Shown: in pieces, positions 1-10,475 of the stretch
Layout: the number at the start of each line of letters is the position of its first letter
How positions within the stretch are numbered: the stretch's first letter is position 1
Source of the DNA: Candidatus Omnitrophota bacterium
GTDB taxonomy: Bacteria > Ratteibacteria > UBA8468 > MWAK01
Direction: 5' to 3'
DNA length: 64,000 nucleotides
Assembly (NCBI GenBank): GCA_043797665.1
Contig: JAZDPL010000089.1
Location: forward strand, 1 to 64,000
Translations under genes and position numbers: made by a program
The notes under the pieces: model-generated
What the model saw: the letters and a program-made list of their open reading frames with translations, nothing else
What the model was told of the DNA's origin: nothing
Database searches by the model: none

Positions 1-167
1 AACCCTTGAGGTTGAACATCTGAGAATATCCTTTTATAGGGTTGTGCCAAAAAAGAAAAGGAGTTTTCCATGTGATTAATTAATCGGTATTAAAAACCCT
101 GTCAAGAGGGGGAAATCCCTGTCCTCACCGACATAGATGAACGAAGTTCGGGCCTTGATTTTCCTCA

Positions 168-1151
168 CTATTTCCCTTTTCTCTTCCATTGTTCATCTCC
201 CCCTTCTTTTTTTACGGAATCCCGTTCAATTAAACTATTCTCTATAGCCACCACGACTTTTCCATTCTCCTCTCCCCTGACTATTCCTGCCATCTTCTCC
301 ACACTGATTTCTGCCATCTCCTCAAGGTGCTGGGAAATAGTGGTGTGGGGAGGCGAAAGATACTGGGAGATTCGTTTATTCTCATAGGAGACGACCGATA
401 TATCCGCGGGTATCTTTTTGTCCAGTAGATGCAGGGCATAGGTTACGGGAAGGACTGAGTCTTCACTGGCAATTATCAAAGCGGTAGGCTTTGTCTTCAC
501 AATCCTTGCCACCGCTTCAAAAATTGACTGTTTTTCCCTTGACTGTATCCTCTCTTCGTCAAACTCCAGATGGAACTCTTTGACGCTCTCCTGGTAACCT
601 TTAATCCTTTCTTTACTACCCCAACTGGTGAAATAGTCAAGAAATAACCCTATCCTGGCATGGCGGTGTTTTGCCAGATATTCCATCGCTAATTTCATGC
701 CTTGCTTATGGTCAGAATAGACCCCATGAAAATTCTCCAGGGGATAGTTAATGGTCAGAACAGGTACGCTGTTGACAGCGGTTTTTATCTTTTTTATGCT
801 TTCTGAATCATAAAGGATGGCAAGGGCTCCTTCTATGAAGTTCTGGTGAAGAAAGTCTATTTCGTGGATAGGGATAATTTCGAAGTTAAACCTCTCTTTG
901 ATAAGATACCTGGAAATGGTTGCAATCAAAAGAGTCTCATAATTTCCAAGATTTATTCTATCCAGACCCTCTACAATCATCGCGATATTATCCTTCCGGG
1001 CAGTAAACTTCGGAGAATATCCCAATCTCCGGGCAGCCCCCAGAACCTTCTGTCTGACTTTCTCTTTCACATAAGGTTTTTTGTTGAATACCCGGGAGAC
1101 AGTGGCGGTTGAAACGCCTACCTCGTTTGCAATTTCGTAAATCTTGCCCAT
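168..1151 (-). CDS. LacI-family transcriptional regulator
   Basis: N-terminal HTH (IYEIANEVGVSTATVSRVFN) plus sugar-binding domain (PPHTTI...LIERDS). Start moved to ATG 1151 because the longer ORF start lies inside the promoter. Confidence 0.92.
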   Translation of the reverse strand: MGKIYEIANEVGVSTATVSRVFNKKPYVKEKVRQKVLGAARRLGYSPKFTARKDNIAMIVEGLDRINLGNYETLLIATISRYLIKERFNFEIIPIHEIDFLHQNFIEGALAILYDSESIKKIKTAVNSVPVLTINYPLENFHGVYSDHKQGMKLAMEYLAKHRHARIGLFLDYFTSWGSKERIKGYQESVKEFHLEFDEERIQSREKQSIFEAVARIVKTKPTALIIASEDSVLPVTYALHLLDKKIPADISVVSYENKRISQYLSPPHTTISQHLEEMAEISVEKMAGIVRGEENGKVVVAIENSLIERDSVKKEGGDEQWKRKGK

Positions 1152-1171
1152 TGTAATTTTTACAATTTCTA

Positions 1172-1212
1172 TGTAACGTTTACAGAATACCATAAAAGAA
1201 ACTTGGTGTCAA
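1172..1212 (-). promoter_or_regulatory. sigma70-type promoter with LacI-type operator
   Basis: TTGACA(1212-1207)-17 bp-TATTCT(1189-1184) with TG extension, followed directly by near-palindrome TGTAAACGTTACA (1184-1172). Confidence 0.7.
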
Positions 1213-3401
1213 GTCAGGCGGAATTCGACAAAGATTATTTCCCCCTCTTTCACTATTGGAACAGTTATTTCTAAATGAAAACCTTTCTTCTTACAGGAAA
1301 GGGGTTGGCCGGTAAAGGTATAACAGCGGGATAACCCAGCCTTAGGTAAGGCCATCTTTATTTTGATATTACTCTCCGGTGAAATGTGCTGTACCTTATG
1401 GCTCCGTCCCAAATTCTGGGGATTTGCCAAAAAGGAACCGGGAAAACCCGGCATAAAAATCTGGTTGACCGCATAGTTAGTCAGGTGAATGGAGATGACA
1501 TCTCTCTTTGGGTGCTGTCTTACCCTTGCCGCAATCAGCGGCGAAGCCTCAATTTCTATACCCGCGTCTCTGGATGCGGCCCATTTGACCGCCTGTGAAA
1601 GGAGCAAACCGGCGGCGTTGTAACCGAACTCCCAGAATGCCCGGTCAAGCCCGGCCGAAAAGTAGACTACTTTACCGGTACCTTCTCGCGCAAAGATAAA
1701 TTCCTGGGCCCATTCTGCCGGCAGCCAACGGAAGAATTTCCCGGAGTTTGCCAGTTTTTGATTGTAGTTTCTCAGCCGTGCCAGAACCACCGACCTGTCC
1801 GATGGCTTTATATCCACCACCGCACCGGCAAAATTGTAGAGAGTCTTTGGTAACAGACCTTTCGTTATCGGATGGTCTGTTATTATCTCAAAGAGGTTAG
1901 ACGGTTCGGTTAGACTTACCGCATCGTACTTCACCGTAGCCATCTTTACTCCCCGGATGAAGAAGCCGTTAACCTCTGCTATGCCTAACAGGTCAGATAG
2001 GGCAGGTCTCTGACGGCCTTCACCGTTACCGGTGCAGAATGAGGTACGATAGGTCGCCACTACGCCGCCTCCGGCATCCGAAAACTCCTCTACCTTCTGG
2101 CTAACCTCATCAGTCATAAACTCAATATTGGGTAAGACCAATGCGGCGTATCTATTCAGGCAACCATCCAGAATATCCTCTTCGGTTATGATGTCAAAAG
2201 GAATATGGCTCTGTTCCAAACTCAGGTAAAACCCTTCAAAGTAAGCACGGCCAGACCGGTTGTCAAGGGGCATGCGCTGGTATTTGCACGCCAGAGAATG
2301 TAACAGGGCAACATACTTCAAGGGTTCCGAACCAACCAAAATATCATTCAACCCTGCCAGTCGAGTCATGAAATCACCTAACGGTTTCTCCAGGGTTCGG
2401 TCGTACCAGAAACCCTCCTGGTCGCATTCGAGGGGAAGACCACCGGTAGCCACTACATCGTATGCCCAGATGAGCGCACTGGATTCAGGGATAGCGGTAT
2501 GTACACTACCAGGGCCGTATGTTACCCAGCGCGCGTGGGAGACTGGTCTGCGTGATTCTGCTTTCACTAACTGACTTTCCATAGCCACAAAAGTTGGCGC
2601 TTCGCCGGAACATTCATGATATGACTCCAGAATAAAAGAGTCCACATACTTGGAACACCCCCGGATATTCTCCTGGGAATCGTAAGTCCCGATGAGTGTA
2701 CCGTGGCAGTCCTGGAAGAGTTTCACGTCCGGTGAAACCCTACCTATCAGTTCTTTGGCATCTCTGGAGAAATCGGTCGTGTAATCGTTTACAAACTGCC
2801 ACCAGTCCGGATCATTAAAATCCGCCGGAATAGGCCGGTTATACCGTTGCAGAAATTTTTCCTGGCAGTAACGACAATAGCAATATCCGGCTATCCGATA
2901 GACACCATCAAAATAGACGCCGGCTACCTTGTACCGACGCAGTACCTCATCAACCTCTCCGAGCAGAACCTCTCGAAACGGAGAGTTCAGACACAGGCCG
3001 TAGTTCTGTTCACCCTCACTGCCATCCGGAAAGGGATTATTCTCAAAATGGGAACTGTAATGTCGGCACAACCAATCCGGGTGTTGCCTCAAGTGGTACG
3101 TCTGACAATGTACTCCCATCCAGCAGGCGATCAGTCGAATCTGCTCCTTCTCGCACTCTTGGGCTAACTCACCAAAAAGGTCAGTCTGGCCGATGGTCTC
3201 TTCCAACGGAGCATACTTACTGGGATAGAGAAGCCAACCGTCCATCTCCACCCAGAAACCAAGCGTGTTGAAACCGTACTGCTTGGTAAGAGCAACTTCT
3301 TTCTTGGCGTAGTCAGGACCAAAATGGTCCCGGTTAAACTGGGTAAACCGCGCCCGCATTGAGGGAATCCAATTACTCTCTTTGCCTATTCCTTCTTTCA
3401 T
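1209..3401 (-). CDS. Putative glycoside hydrolase (GHL6/GH42-like TIM barrel plus trimerisation GATase-like domain)
   Basis: LYPSK, DLFGEL, LCLNSPFR, GVYFD, CYCRYC motifs; C-terminal IPFDII...YAALVLPN...GGGVVATY. Confidence 0.7.
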   Translation of the reverse strand: MKEGIGKESNWIPSMRARFTQFNRDHFGPDYAKKEVALTKQYGFNTLGFWVEMDGWLLYPSKYAPLEETIGQTDLFGELAQECEKEQIRLIACWMGVHCQTYHLRQHPDWLCRHYSSHFENNPFPDGSEGEQNYGLCLNSPFREVLLGEVDEVLRRYKVAGVYFDGVYRIAGYCYCRYCQEKFLQRYNRPIPADFNDPDWWQFVNDYTTDFSRDAKELIGRVSPDVKLFQDCHGTLIGTYDSQENIRGCSKYVDSFILESYHECSGEAPTFVAMESQLVKAESRRPVSHARWVTYGPGSVHTAIPESSALIWAYDVVATGGLPLECDQEGFWYDRTLEKPLGDFMTRLAGLNDILVGSEPLKYVALLHSLACKYQRMPLDNRSGRAYFEGFYLSLEQSHIPFDIITEEDILDGCLNRYAALVLPNIEFMTDEVSQKVEEFSDAGGGVVATYRTSFCTGNGEGRQRPALSDLLGIAEVNGFFIRGVKMATVKYDAVSLTEPSNLFEIITDHPITKGLLPKTLYNFAGAVVDIKPSDRSVVLARLRNYNQKLANSGKFFRWLPAEWAQEFIFAREGTGKVVYFSAGLDRAFWEFGYNAAGLLLSQAVKWAASRDAGIEIEASPLIAARVRQHPKRDVISIHLTNYAVNQIFMPGFPGSFLANPQNLGRSHKVQHISPESNIKIKMALPKAGLSRCYTFTGQPLSCKKKGFHLEITVPIVKEGEIIFVEFRLT

Positions 3402-3402
3402 A

Positions 3403-4296
3403 TTATTTTTTCTCCCATTGGTGAAAAAAGTCTGCCATAGTCATTATTTCGCAGCCGTCGCTTTGCAACAAACCGATTAATCGATCCAGTTGGGTAACGG
3501 TGTAGTCTCCGGTTCCCTTGTAGAGAAATTCCTTGAGATGAAATTCTCCCTCATCCAGTTTAAGCACCGGAGGAATCGTAACCAGTTCCCAGGGATGCAG
3601 AGCCATGCCAACTACCGGTACCTGAATATTTGACATAGGTCCCTGCAACATTCTGTCTATTCTGTGCTTTACCGCATCGGCTCCCTCCAGACGGAGGACC
3701 GAAAAAAGGTCTCTATCTCGCAATAAAGGGTCCTGGGAGTTGACAGTCAAATCAGCAAAAACAGGTATTTCCAGAACAGGGATATCGCCCTTTTTTGTCC
3801 AGTCAGACCTGGATGGATAATAGGGTTCCAGATTGTCCCCGAAAAAGTACATGGGATAGGAGGCGTCAACCTTATATCCCTGGTCCGCCAGAGTTAAAAG
3901 CAATTCGGAACTCGCCTGATATCGGGGTGCCCGGAACGAAATCGGTCTGTTTCCGCTCATCTCTTCCAGGACTTTGGTTGCTTTGGAGATTCTTCCTGGT
4001 ATTTCTTCCGGGAAAATGGGAAGGGCTCCCACCGCCTCAAAAACCCCTTTGCCAAAACTTTCGTGCTGGTACCCGTGGCAGCCTATTTCAAACCCTGATT
4101 CCGCCGCTTCCTTTACGGCTTCAGGAACTGCAAACGCGGCTAAGGCGGTGAAGAAAAAGGTCGCTCGCACATCGTATTTTTTGAAAAGACTTATTATGGT
4201 CGGAGTTGCTTCCCTGACTCCCCGGTGGGTATTGGTGTAACTTCCAACGTCGGATTCCATGTCAAAACCCCAAATTACAATCTTTCGCCTGGACAT
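3403..4296 (-). CDS. Polysaccharide deacetylase (CE4/NodB-like)
   Basis: FDME, ATFFFT, EIGCHGYQH, SFRAP, LHPWE motifs. Confidence 0.88.
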   Translation of the reverse strand: MSRRKIVIWGFDMESDVGSYTNTHRGVREATPTIISLFKKYDVRATFFFTALAAFAVPEAVKEAAESGFEIGCHGYQHESFGKGVFEAVGALPIFPEEIPGRISKATKVLEEMSGNRPISFRAPRYQASSELLLTLADQGYKVDASYPMYFFGDNLEPYYPSRSDWTKKGDIPVLEIPVFADLTVNSQDPLLRDRDLFSVLRLEGADAVKHRIDRMLQGPMSNIQVPVVGMALHPWELVTIPPVLKLDEGEFHLKEFLYKGTGDYTVTQLDRLIGLLQSDGCEIMTMADFFHQWEKK

Positions 4297-4313
4297 AAAT
4301 TACCTCCGTTTCT

Positions 4314-5510
4314 CTAAAGCATGCGGGGACATCTGGATAATGGGCGCTTGCCCTCTTTGGTTACAACGAAAACCTCTTCATAACGCAGCCCGGGAAATTC
4401 CGGGTGGCCGTAGGCGTGAATATCAATGGCGACAACCATATTCGGCTGAATGACACACTCAGATTCAGGACCAAAGAAAGGTTGTTCAAATTCTCTAAGA
4501 CCAATAGAGTGGGCGCCACCATAGAGCATGTACTGTCCGAATCCGTTTTCTTTCAGGTAATTGCGTGCGGCTAAATCCACATCTTTCCCTTTGACGCCGG
4601 GCCCAAGTTTTTCTATCGCTTTATCATAAGCACCGAGCATAATGTCGAAAACCTTCTTCTGCTCGGATGAAATCTTTCCTCCAACTACTACCATCCGCCC
4701 CAGTGCACCGGCATAACCCTGGTATAGAGGGCTCACGCTGGCCATAACTACTTCACCCTCCTGGAAAATTCGACCACTGGCTCGGCCAAGTACAGAACTG
4801 GCACGTTCTCCTGCCATAAGCATCGTTGACCAGCCAAAACCTTCCGCGCCGGCATCTTTCATGGCAAAATCTGCCGCCGCGGCGGCCTTATATTCCGGCT
4901 CACCGGCTTTTATGGCTTTACGGAGTGCCTCCATCCCGAGGTCGGCAATCTCAGCACTTTTCGTCAATAATTCAATTTCAATCTCACTTTTTATATGGCG
5001 CAGTTTTTCAAAATCAGCGGTTACATTAACTATCTCTTTACCCCGAAGGTCTTTTTCCATCCGGTGGTAAACGGAAACAGGCATCTCAGTATAGCCGACG
5101 ATTCCTACCCTTCTAAATTTGCCATGGGAAACCTCTTTGAAGATATCCTTCAATGTTTCAATCTTGGCACCGGGATATTCCTCCCCTTCAACCATGAATT
5201 CCGGAACATTTCTGATATCGGGGATAACCGACATCTCCCGCGCATAAGGCTGACCTTCCGGCCCTCCTGCCAAGAGCGGTCTGCCTGAACGTGACAGTAT
5301 TACTGCACCTGATTCCACTTGCGGCCAGTAATTGGAAAGGTATCTTCCATTCTCCCTGTAGTACTCGTTGAAATATACAACCAGGCCGTCCAATCCCTTC
5401 TTCTCCATAATCTCTTGTACTCTTTTCCTTCTTGCCTCATACTCTTTCTTTGGAATTTGTATCAGCATCCCTTCACCGCTCCTTTCTATTTGTGGGGACA
5501 ACACACCCAA
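4314..5510 (-). CDS. M24-family Xaa-Pro peptidase/creatinase-like hydrolase
   Basis: Creatinase N-domain, RHIKSEIEIE, HSIGLREFEQP, GLRYEE. Metal-ligand positions look partly substituted. The start may be ATG ~5468. Confidence 0.8.
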   Translation of the reverse strand: MGVLSPQIERSGEGMLIQIPKKEYEARRKRVQEIMEKKGLDGLVVYFNEYYRENGRYLSNYWPQVESGAVILSRSGRPLLAGGPEGQPYAREMSVIPDIRNVPEFMVEGEEYPGAKIETLKDIFKEVSHGKFRRVGIVGYTEMPVSVYHRMEKDLRGKEIVNVTADFEKLRHIKSEIEIELLTKSAEIADLGMEALRKAIKAGEPEYKAAAAADFAMKDAGAEGFGWSTMLMAGERASSVLGRASGRIFQEGEVVMASVSPLYQGYAGALGRMVVVGGKISSEQKKVFDIMLGAYDKAIEKLGPGVKGKDVDLAARNYLKENGFGQYMLYGGAHSIGLREFEQPFFGPESECVIQPNMVVAIDIHAYGHPEFPGLRYEEVFVVTKEGKRPLSRCPRML

Positions 5511-7773
5511 TTTGTTTTAACGTTTGCTTTAAATCAACCATTTTTTCCATGATTTCAATCGGGGTATAAAAATACCCGACGGAACCTTCGTAACCGATTC
5601 TGGAATCTTTTTTCATCAGTTCAAGCATAATCCGGATGTTTTTCTCCTCATCTTTCAGGACACGTATCAATGAATTTTTCGTACTATCATCAGGCTGCTC
5701 AATCAACCTGTCCCTGAGCACAATAAATTCAGAGTAATTCGCGACCGATAATAGGTGGAGTAAACCGGCTTTGCATATCCCATAGTCTTTGATATTTTCT
5801 TTTCTATGGTTATCACCTGATTTTATAAGGGTTTTTTTCAGATAATTCAGCCCCGAAGAAAAATATTCGGCGGTTTTTCTAAAACTTTTTATCAGTACTT
5901 TCACTTCCAGAGGACCGGAAATTTTTTCCACTTTTTCCGTTGGTATCAGTACCATTCCGGAACGCCAAGGCTCCGGTTTAAGGCGGAATTTCAAGCCTGG
6001 TCCGGAGTTGAGCGCGCTGTAGTAAAGTACTGATTGTACGGTTGGAAAATATTTCATTCCTTTTGAAAATGCCTTCCAGGCCGATAACGCATAGGAAGCA
6101 CCTTTACCGTAATACTTTTGTGCCAGATGAAGAGCCGGATTATTATCACATACCAGTCCCAGCATTTCCATGTTTCGACCCGGATACGCCCCAAAAATCC
6201 AACAACCCAGCAAGCCTTCCACCCCGTATTTACGCAATTGTTTAATCAGTTTTTCCACATTTTCAAGAACAGGCAAATAAGGCAGAGCATTCATCTCAAC
6301 CGTTGATACAACCGCACACTTGGCGATGACCTTCCTCTTTAGTTCTTTGCACGTATCCATTATTTCCACGGCATAGCCTGACGGTTTAGTATAAGCCAGC
6401 GTATATTCGTCAATGATGGCTTCCCGGCCAAAAAGTTTAAACCGCGTGCCTCTCTGCCAGTCAACCATTATTTCAACTTCCGGAGGGAGGTTTCTGATGG
6501 CTTTTTTTACTTTACTGATCGGCATAATATAATTCCAACTCCAGAGCCACTGGATAATAGTTGCTTTCGAAGGGGTGCTCTTTATCGCATCACTCACAAT
6601 ATGTGCCAGGTCAGAGAGTACAGCCTCCGGTCCTCTTTTCTGACAGCGAGGACACATTGTATCACCATCTTTTAGACCGAAAAATCCCCCATCGTTCATC
6701 GCAAGGCCCTCCGCGTGGAAATCATAGGTGGGAATGTGCGAATAGCAATTCGTTTCCAGTTCAGAGGCGGTAATAAGGATTATCCCCCCTAATTCAGGAA
6801 TCCGGGAAAAAATAAATCCCACACTTTCAAAAATCCAATCCCTGACCTGGGTTTCTGAGGTGCACATTCCATAATACCCTTCCTGAAAGGCGGCCATCCC
6901 TTTCGCACCGGGGTATCTTTTGAAAAATGATTCGGTGATGTACCGGGGCTCGTTGAGATACAGGTACAGGTTTATCCCGTATCGTAACGCTTTCTGCACC
7001 TGTTTACGGAGATTCCTGATACGGTCTGTATGATTACTGCCAAATTCCGTGAAAATCTTACTTGGCGCCAGGTCCCGGAGCAAAACCGGCATCCAGCCTG
7101 CGTTTACCCCGCGGTTTTGAAGCCGGCTTAAAATTCCCTCCGGATAAAAATCCTCGTCTGTTAAAAGGAAATCTCCGTGGGAAGCGGTGTAACTGTACAT
7201 CATACATATATTAAAAGGCGAGGTATTCTGATTGGCTAAATTAGAATTACGGGGGGGTTCTTTTTGGCTGAGTTCGTCTAAGAAACCGAAGGGCTTTTCC
7301 CAGATTTTGTAATCGGCAAGGTATTTTGTCGACACCACCTTAAATTTTTCAGTGGATTTACACCACAATTCTTCTTTTTTAAAATAGATTCTTTCCAGCC
7401 CTTCAGGTTGTCTCCCCAATTTTAAATCCAGCATATCCATAGTTTGCATCTTTTTTCGGAATTTCTGTTCCGACATCCCAAGGAGTCGTCTGATTTCTTT
7501 TTCGGACAGAATATCCCAGTTGACCCTCACAATGATAGGAAATGCTTTCTCCGGAGATAATGGTGTAGTTTCCGGAAGATTAAGCGATTGATAAATTTTC
7601 CTTATCAGGTCCTCTTCAACGCCAAAATATGCCGCGATTTTATTCCGTGCTATAAGTCCCCAGTTTCTCACGATGAATTTCTGCAGAGGGGAAAGACTGA
7701 ACCCTCCACTTAAATTCCTTTCACTGGTTTCTTTACTTTTCATATCAGGGTAGAACGGTCTTCTCTGCATCAA
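5473..7773 (-). CDS. Hypothetical protein with a GH-like TIM-barrel domain
   Basis: 766-aa ORF; GINLYLYLNEP and IPELGGIILITASE...CYSH...CPRC resemble uncharacterised glycoside-hydrolase-like proteins. Confidence 0.55.
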   Translation of the reverse strand: MMQRRPFYPDMKSKETSERNLSGGFSLSPLQKFIVRNWGLIARNKIAAYFGVEEDLIRKIYQSLNLPETTPLSPEKAFPIIVRVNWDILSEKEIRRLLGMSEQKFRKKMQTMDMLDLKLGRQPEGLERIYFKKEELWCKSTEKFKVVSTKYLADYKIWEKPFGFLDELSQKEPPRNSNLANQNTSPFNICMMYSYTASHGDFLLTDEDFYPEGILSRLQNRGVNAGWMPVLLRDLAPSKIFTEFGSNHTDRIRNLRKQVQKALRYGINLYLYLNEPRYITESFFKRYPGAKGMAAFQEGYYGMCTSETQVRDWIFESVGFIFSRIPELGGIILITASELETNCYSHIPTYDFHAEGLAMNDGGFFGLKDGDTMCPRCQKRGPEAVLSDLAHIVSDAIKSTPSKATIIQWLWSWNYIMPISKVKKAIRNLPPEVEIMVDWQRGTRFKLFGREAIIDEYTLAYTKPSGYAVEIMDTCKELKRKVIAKCAVVSTVEMNALPYLPVLENVEKLIKQLRKYGVEGLLGCWIFGAYPGRNMEMLGLVCDNNPALHLAQKYYGKGASYALSAWKAFSKGMKYFPTVQSVLYYSALNSGPGLKFRLKPEPWRSGMVLIPTEKVEKISGPLEVKVLIKSFRKTAEYFSSGLNYLKKTLIKSGDNHRKENIKDYGICKAGLLHLLSVANYSEFIVLRDRLIEQPDDSTKNSLIRVLKDEEKNIRIMLELMKKDSRIGYEGSVGYFYTPIEIMEKMVDLKQTLKQIGCVVPTNRKER

Positions 7774-8795
7774 AGTCTAATCGTCTCTCTTATTGCAGTT
7801 ACGATACGTTTTTCATTCGGCAGTACATAATCTTCTGATGCGGGAGCAAACGGTATTGGCGTATCCATAACCGCAACCCGTTTAATCGGAGCATCAAGAT
7901 AATCAAAAGCCTCTTCCGCAATGATAGAAGCAATTTCAGAAGTCACGCCACAGGTTAATGGGTCTTCGCTGACAATGACAGCTCTCCCGGTTTTCTTCAC
8001 TGAATTTATAATGGTTTCCTTATCTAACGGCACCAGTGTTCTGGGGTCAACCACCTCTATATCTATACCTTCTTTCTGAAGAGCCTCAGCGATAGCCAAT
8101 ACCCGATGGACCATAAATAATGTAGCGATAACAGTAATGTCCTTTCCTTTCTTTTTAATATCCGCCTGCCCTAAGGGAATAACATATTCTTCGTCAGGCG
8201 CCGGAGTCATTGTTGCCTCCATTTCTCCTGAAATTGTCCTGGCTTTCCCTCCGGGCGACCTGCTTCCATAAAGCCTTTTGTGCTCAAAGAACATCACGGG
8301 ATTGTTATCTCTTATGGCGGCCTTTAACAATCCCTTGGCATCATAAGGAGTAGAAGGCACTACCACTTTAAGGCCGGGCGTATGCATAAACCAGGCTTCC
8401 AGACTCTGCGAATGCTGGGCCCCGCGACCGGTTGCCCCTACCGGTGCCCTGATTACTATGGGAACACTTACCTGCCCGCCAAACATAACCCTCATCTTGG
8501 CTGCCTGGTTCACTATTTGGTCCATAGCACAGGTTAAAAAATCATTGAATTGAATTTCTACCACCGGCCTCATCCCGGTTATGGCTGCACCGACAGCCGC
8601 TCCTACGATTGCTTCTTCGGAAATGGGAGTATTCCTGACCCTTTCCCTACCAAATTCCTCAACCAACCCCTGGGTAATTTGATAAGCGCCCCCGAATTCA
8701 GCCACATCTTCTCCCAGTATAAACACTCTTTCGTCCCTCCTCATCTCTTCACGAAGAGCTTCACGTAGAGCCAGAGCCACACTGGTAATGGGCAT
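7770..8795 (-). CDS. TPP-dependent 2-oxoacid/acetoin dehydrogenase E1 beta subunit
   Basis: GEDV, NTPISE, QHSQSLEAW, EHK, DPRTLVPLD. Confidence 0.95.
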   Translation of the reverse strand: MPITSVALALREALREEMRRDERVFILGEDVAEFGGAYQITQGLVEEFGRERVRNTPISEEAIVGAAVGAAITGMRPVVEIQFNDFLTCAMDQIVNQAAKMRVMFGGQVSVPIVIRAPVGATGRGAQHSQSLEAWFMHTPGLKVVVPSTPYDAKGLLKAAIRDNNPVMFFEHKRLYGSRSPGGKARTISGEMEATMTPAPDEEYVIPLGQADIKKKGKDITVIATLFMVHRVLAIAEALQKEGIDIEVVDPRTLVPLDKETIINSVKKTGRAVIVSEDPLTCGVTSEIASIIAEEAFDYLDAPIKRVAVMDTPIPFAPASEDYVLPNEKRIVTAIRETIRL

Positions 8796-8814
8796 AACTT
8801 ATTGTTTCTCCTTT

Positions 8815-9804
8815 TTAGGCATAAATATATTTTAACGATGCATCAGGGGACGGGTCAGGGCTGTTTTTGGCAAACTTGACTGCCTCTTCCATGTCTGCTT
8901 CAACCTGCTCTTCCATAGATTTTACCTGTTCTTCACTAAGTATCTCCATCCCAATGAGTTTGGCTCTGAAACCAGGAATAGGGTCTTTAGACTGCCATTC
9001 TTTCACTTCCTCTTCCAACCTGTAGTGAGCCGGTTCAAATCGGGAGTGGCCTTTATATCGATAGGTTTTACATTCAATTAACGTTGGACCCTCTCCTTTT
9101 CTGGCTCGTGCTGCGGCAGTACGGGTAGAATTATAGACCGCCAGGACGTCCATTCCGTCCGCAATCATTCCGGGGATGCCGTAGGCTTTCGCACGTTCCG
9201 CGATGTCTTCCAGCAGCATTGTTTCTTTCACCGGCGTTGAGAAGCCGTAGAGGTTATTTTCGCAAACAAATATGACCGGCAGGTTCCAGGCAGCCGCCAT
9301 ATTTACTCCTTCATGAAATGCCCCCCGGTTAACGGCTCCATCACCAAAGAAACAGGCGGTTACCTGATTGGTACCCCGGATCTTAGCCGATAAACCGGCA
9401 CCGGTCGCAATAGGGATACCGGCACCAACAATACCGGTCGCACCTAAAATACCCACACTGAAATCAGCCAGGTGCATTGAGCCTCCCATACCTTTGCAAT
9501 AACCTGTTTTCTTTCCAAACATTTCCGCCATCATTCTGTCCAGGGAGGCTCCTTTGGCAATACAATGTCCGTGTCCTCGATGGGTACTGGTGATATAGTC
9601 GTCCTTTTCAAGGTTGGCGCACACACCCACGGCTACCGCTTCTTCTCCTATGTATTGGTGCATAGTTCCGGGAAGATTTTCGGTAAGGAATAAATAGTAG
9701 AGTTTTTCCTCAAAGCATCGTATCTCGTACATCTTTCGATACATCCACACCAGTTTTTCTTTTTCCGGAAGAATTGTTTTGTTAGTCATTCTTCTCAATG
9801 GCAA
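8815..9804 (-). CDS. TPP-dependent 2-oxoacid/acetoin dehydrogenase E1 alpha subunit
   Basis: THRGHGH, GGSMH, GDGA...ENN TPP motif, TYRYKGH. Confidence 0.95.
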   Translation of the reverse strand: MPLRRMTNKTILPEKEKLVWMYRKMYEIRCFEEKLYYLFLTENLPGTMHQYIGEEAVAVGVCANLEKDDYITSTHRGHGHCIAKGASLDRMMAEMFGKKTGYCKGMGGSMHLADFSVGILGATGIVGAGIPIATGAGLSAKIRGTNQVTACFFGDGAVNRGAFHEGVNMAAAWNLPVIFVCENNLYGFSTPVKETMLLEDIAERAKAYGIPGMIADGMDVLAVYNSTRTAAARARKGEGPTLIECKTYRYKGHSRFEPAHYRLEEEVKEWQSKDPIPGFRAKLIGMEILSEEQVKSMEEQVEADMEEAVKFAKNSPDPSPDASLKYIYA

Positions 9805-10453
9805 TAATCCTTACCGGAGATGAATCCAAGCCCTTAATGGGTAAAGGCAAAATAAATACCAAAAACCTCTTCTTTTTCAATCGGTCCAGGTTAGCCATTG
9901 ATTCAATCAGCGGAATTCCGTTTTCAAAAAGAGTCGTATGATTTGGTTGGTTGTCGGTACCTTTAATTTCCAATCCGGTGGCATCTATACCCAGGCAATT
10001 TATCTTCTTTTTAACCAACCATTTCACCGCAGGGTGGGTAAGATAGGGTCGTTTGTGGCTATGCTTGGTTCTGTAAAATTTGTCGCGGCCGGTCCGGATA
10101 AAGACGATATCGCCTCTTTTTATTCTTTTTTCGTATCTTTGCAGGTCGTTAATATCAATTGCTTCATCGTTCTTCTTTGAAGAGAAATCAAGCAGTACTC
10201 CTTCACCCACCAGTTTTTCTATCGGAAATACAGAGGCATCCTGCCCGTTTCTGAGATGGTGATAAGGAAATTCTATATGTGTTCCCACGTGACTTGACAT
10301 GGTTACATTCTGAAGGATATACCAGATATCTTTCCGCCGCTTGTACCCCGGTAGAACTTCATCAGTAAAACGGGTTTCAATCTTAAGTCCGTATTCCTCC
10401 TTGCCTGGATACAACCTGTGGCTCAGGTCAACTATTCGTCCAATCTTCATCAT
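9782..10453 (-). CDS. Cyclase-family (kynurenine formamidase-like) metal hydrolase
   Basis: DLSH, HVGTHIEFPYH, LGID, SSPVRIIA. Confidence 0.88.
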   Translation of the reverse strand: MMKIGRIVDLSHRLYPGKEEYGLKIETRFTDEVLPGYKRRKDIWYILQNVTMSSHVGTHIEFPYHHLRNGQDASVFPIEKLVGEGVLLDFSSKKNDEAIDINDLQRYEKRIKRGDIVFIRTGRDKFYRTKHSHKRPYLTHPAVKWLVKKKINCLGIDATGLEIKGTDNQPNHTTLFENGIPLIESMANLDRLKKKRFLVFILPLPIKGLDSSPVRIIAIEKND

Positions 10454-10475
10454 ACCAGAAGACTAAAATACAACA

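Noticed and set aside
76..189. Short minus-strand ORF after GGAGG (MEEKREIVRKIK...)
   Set aside because: About 37 codons, runs into a promoter-like sequence, no recognisable family; may be a remnant but cannot be supported.
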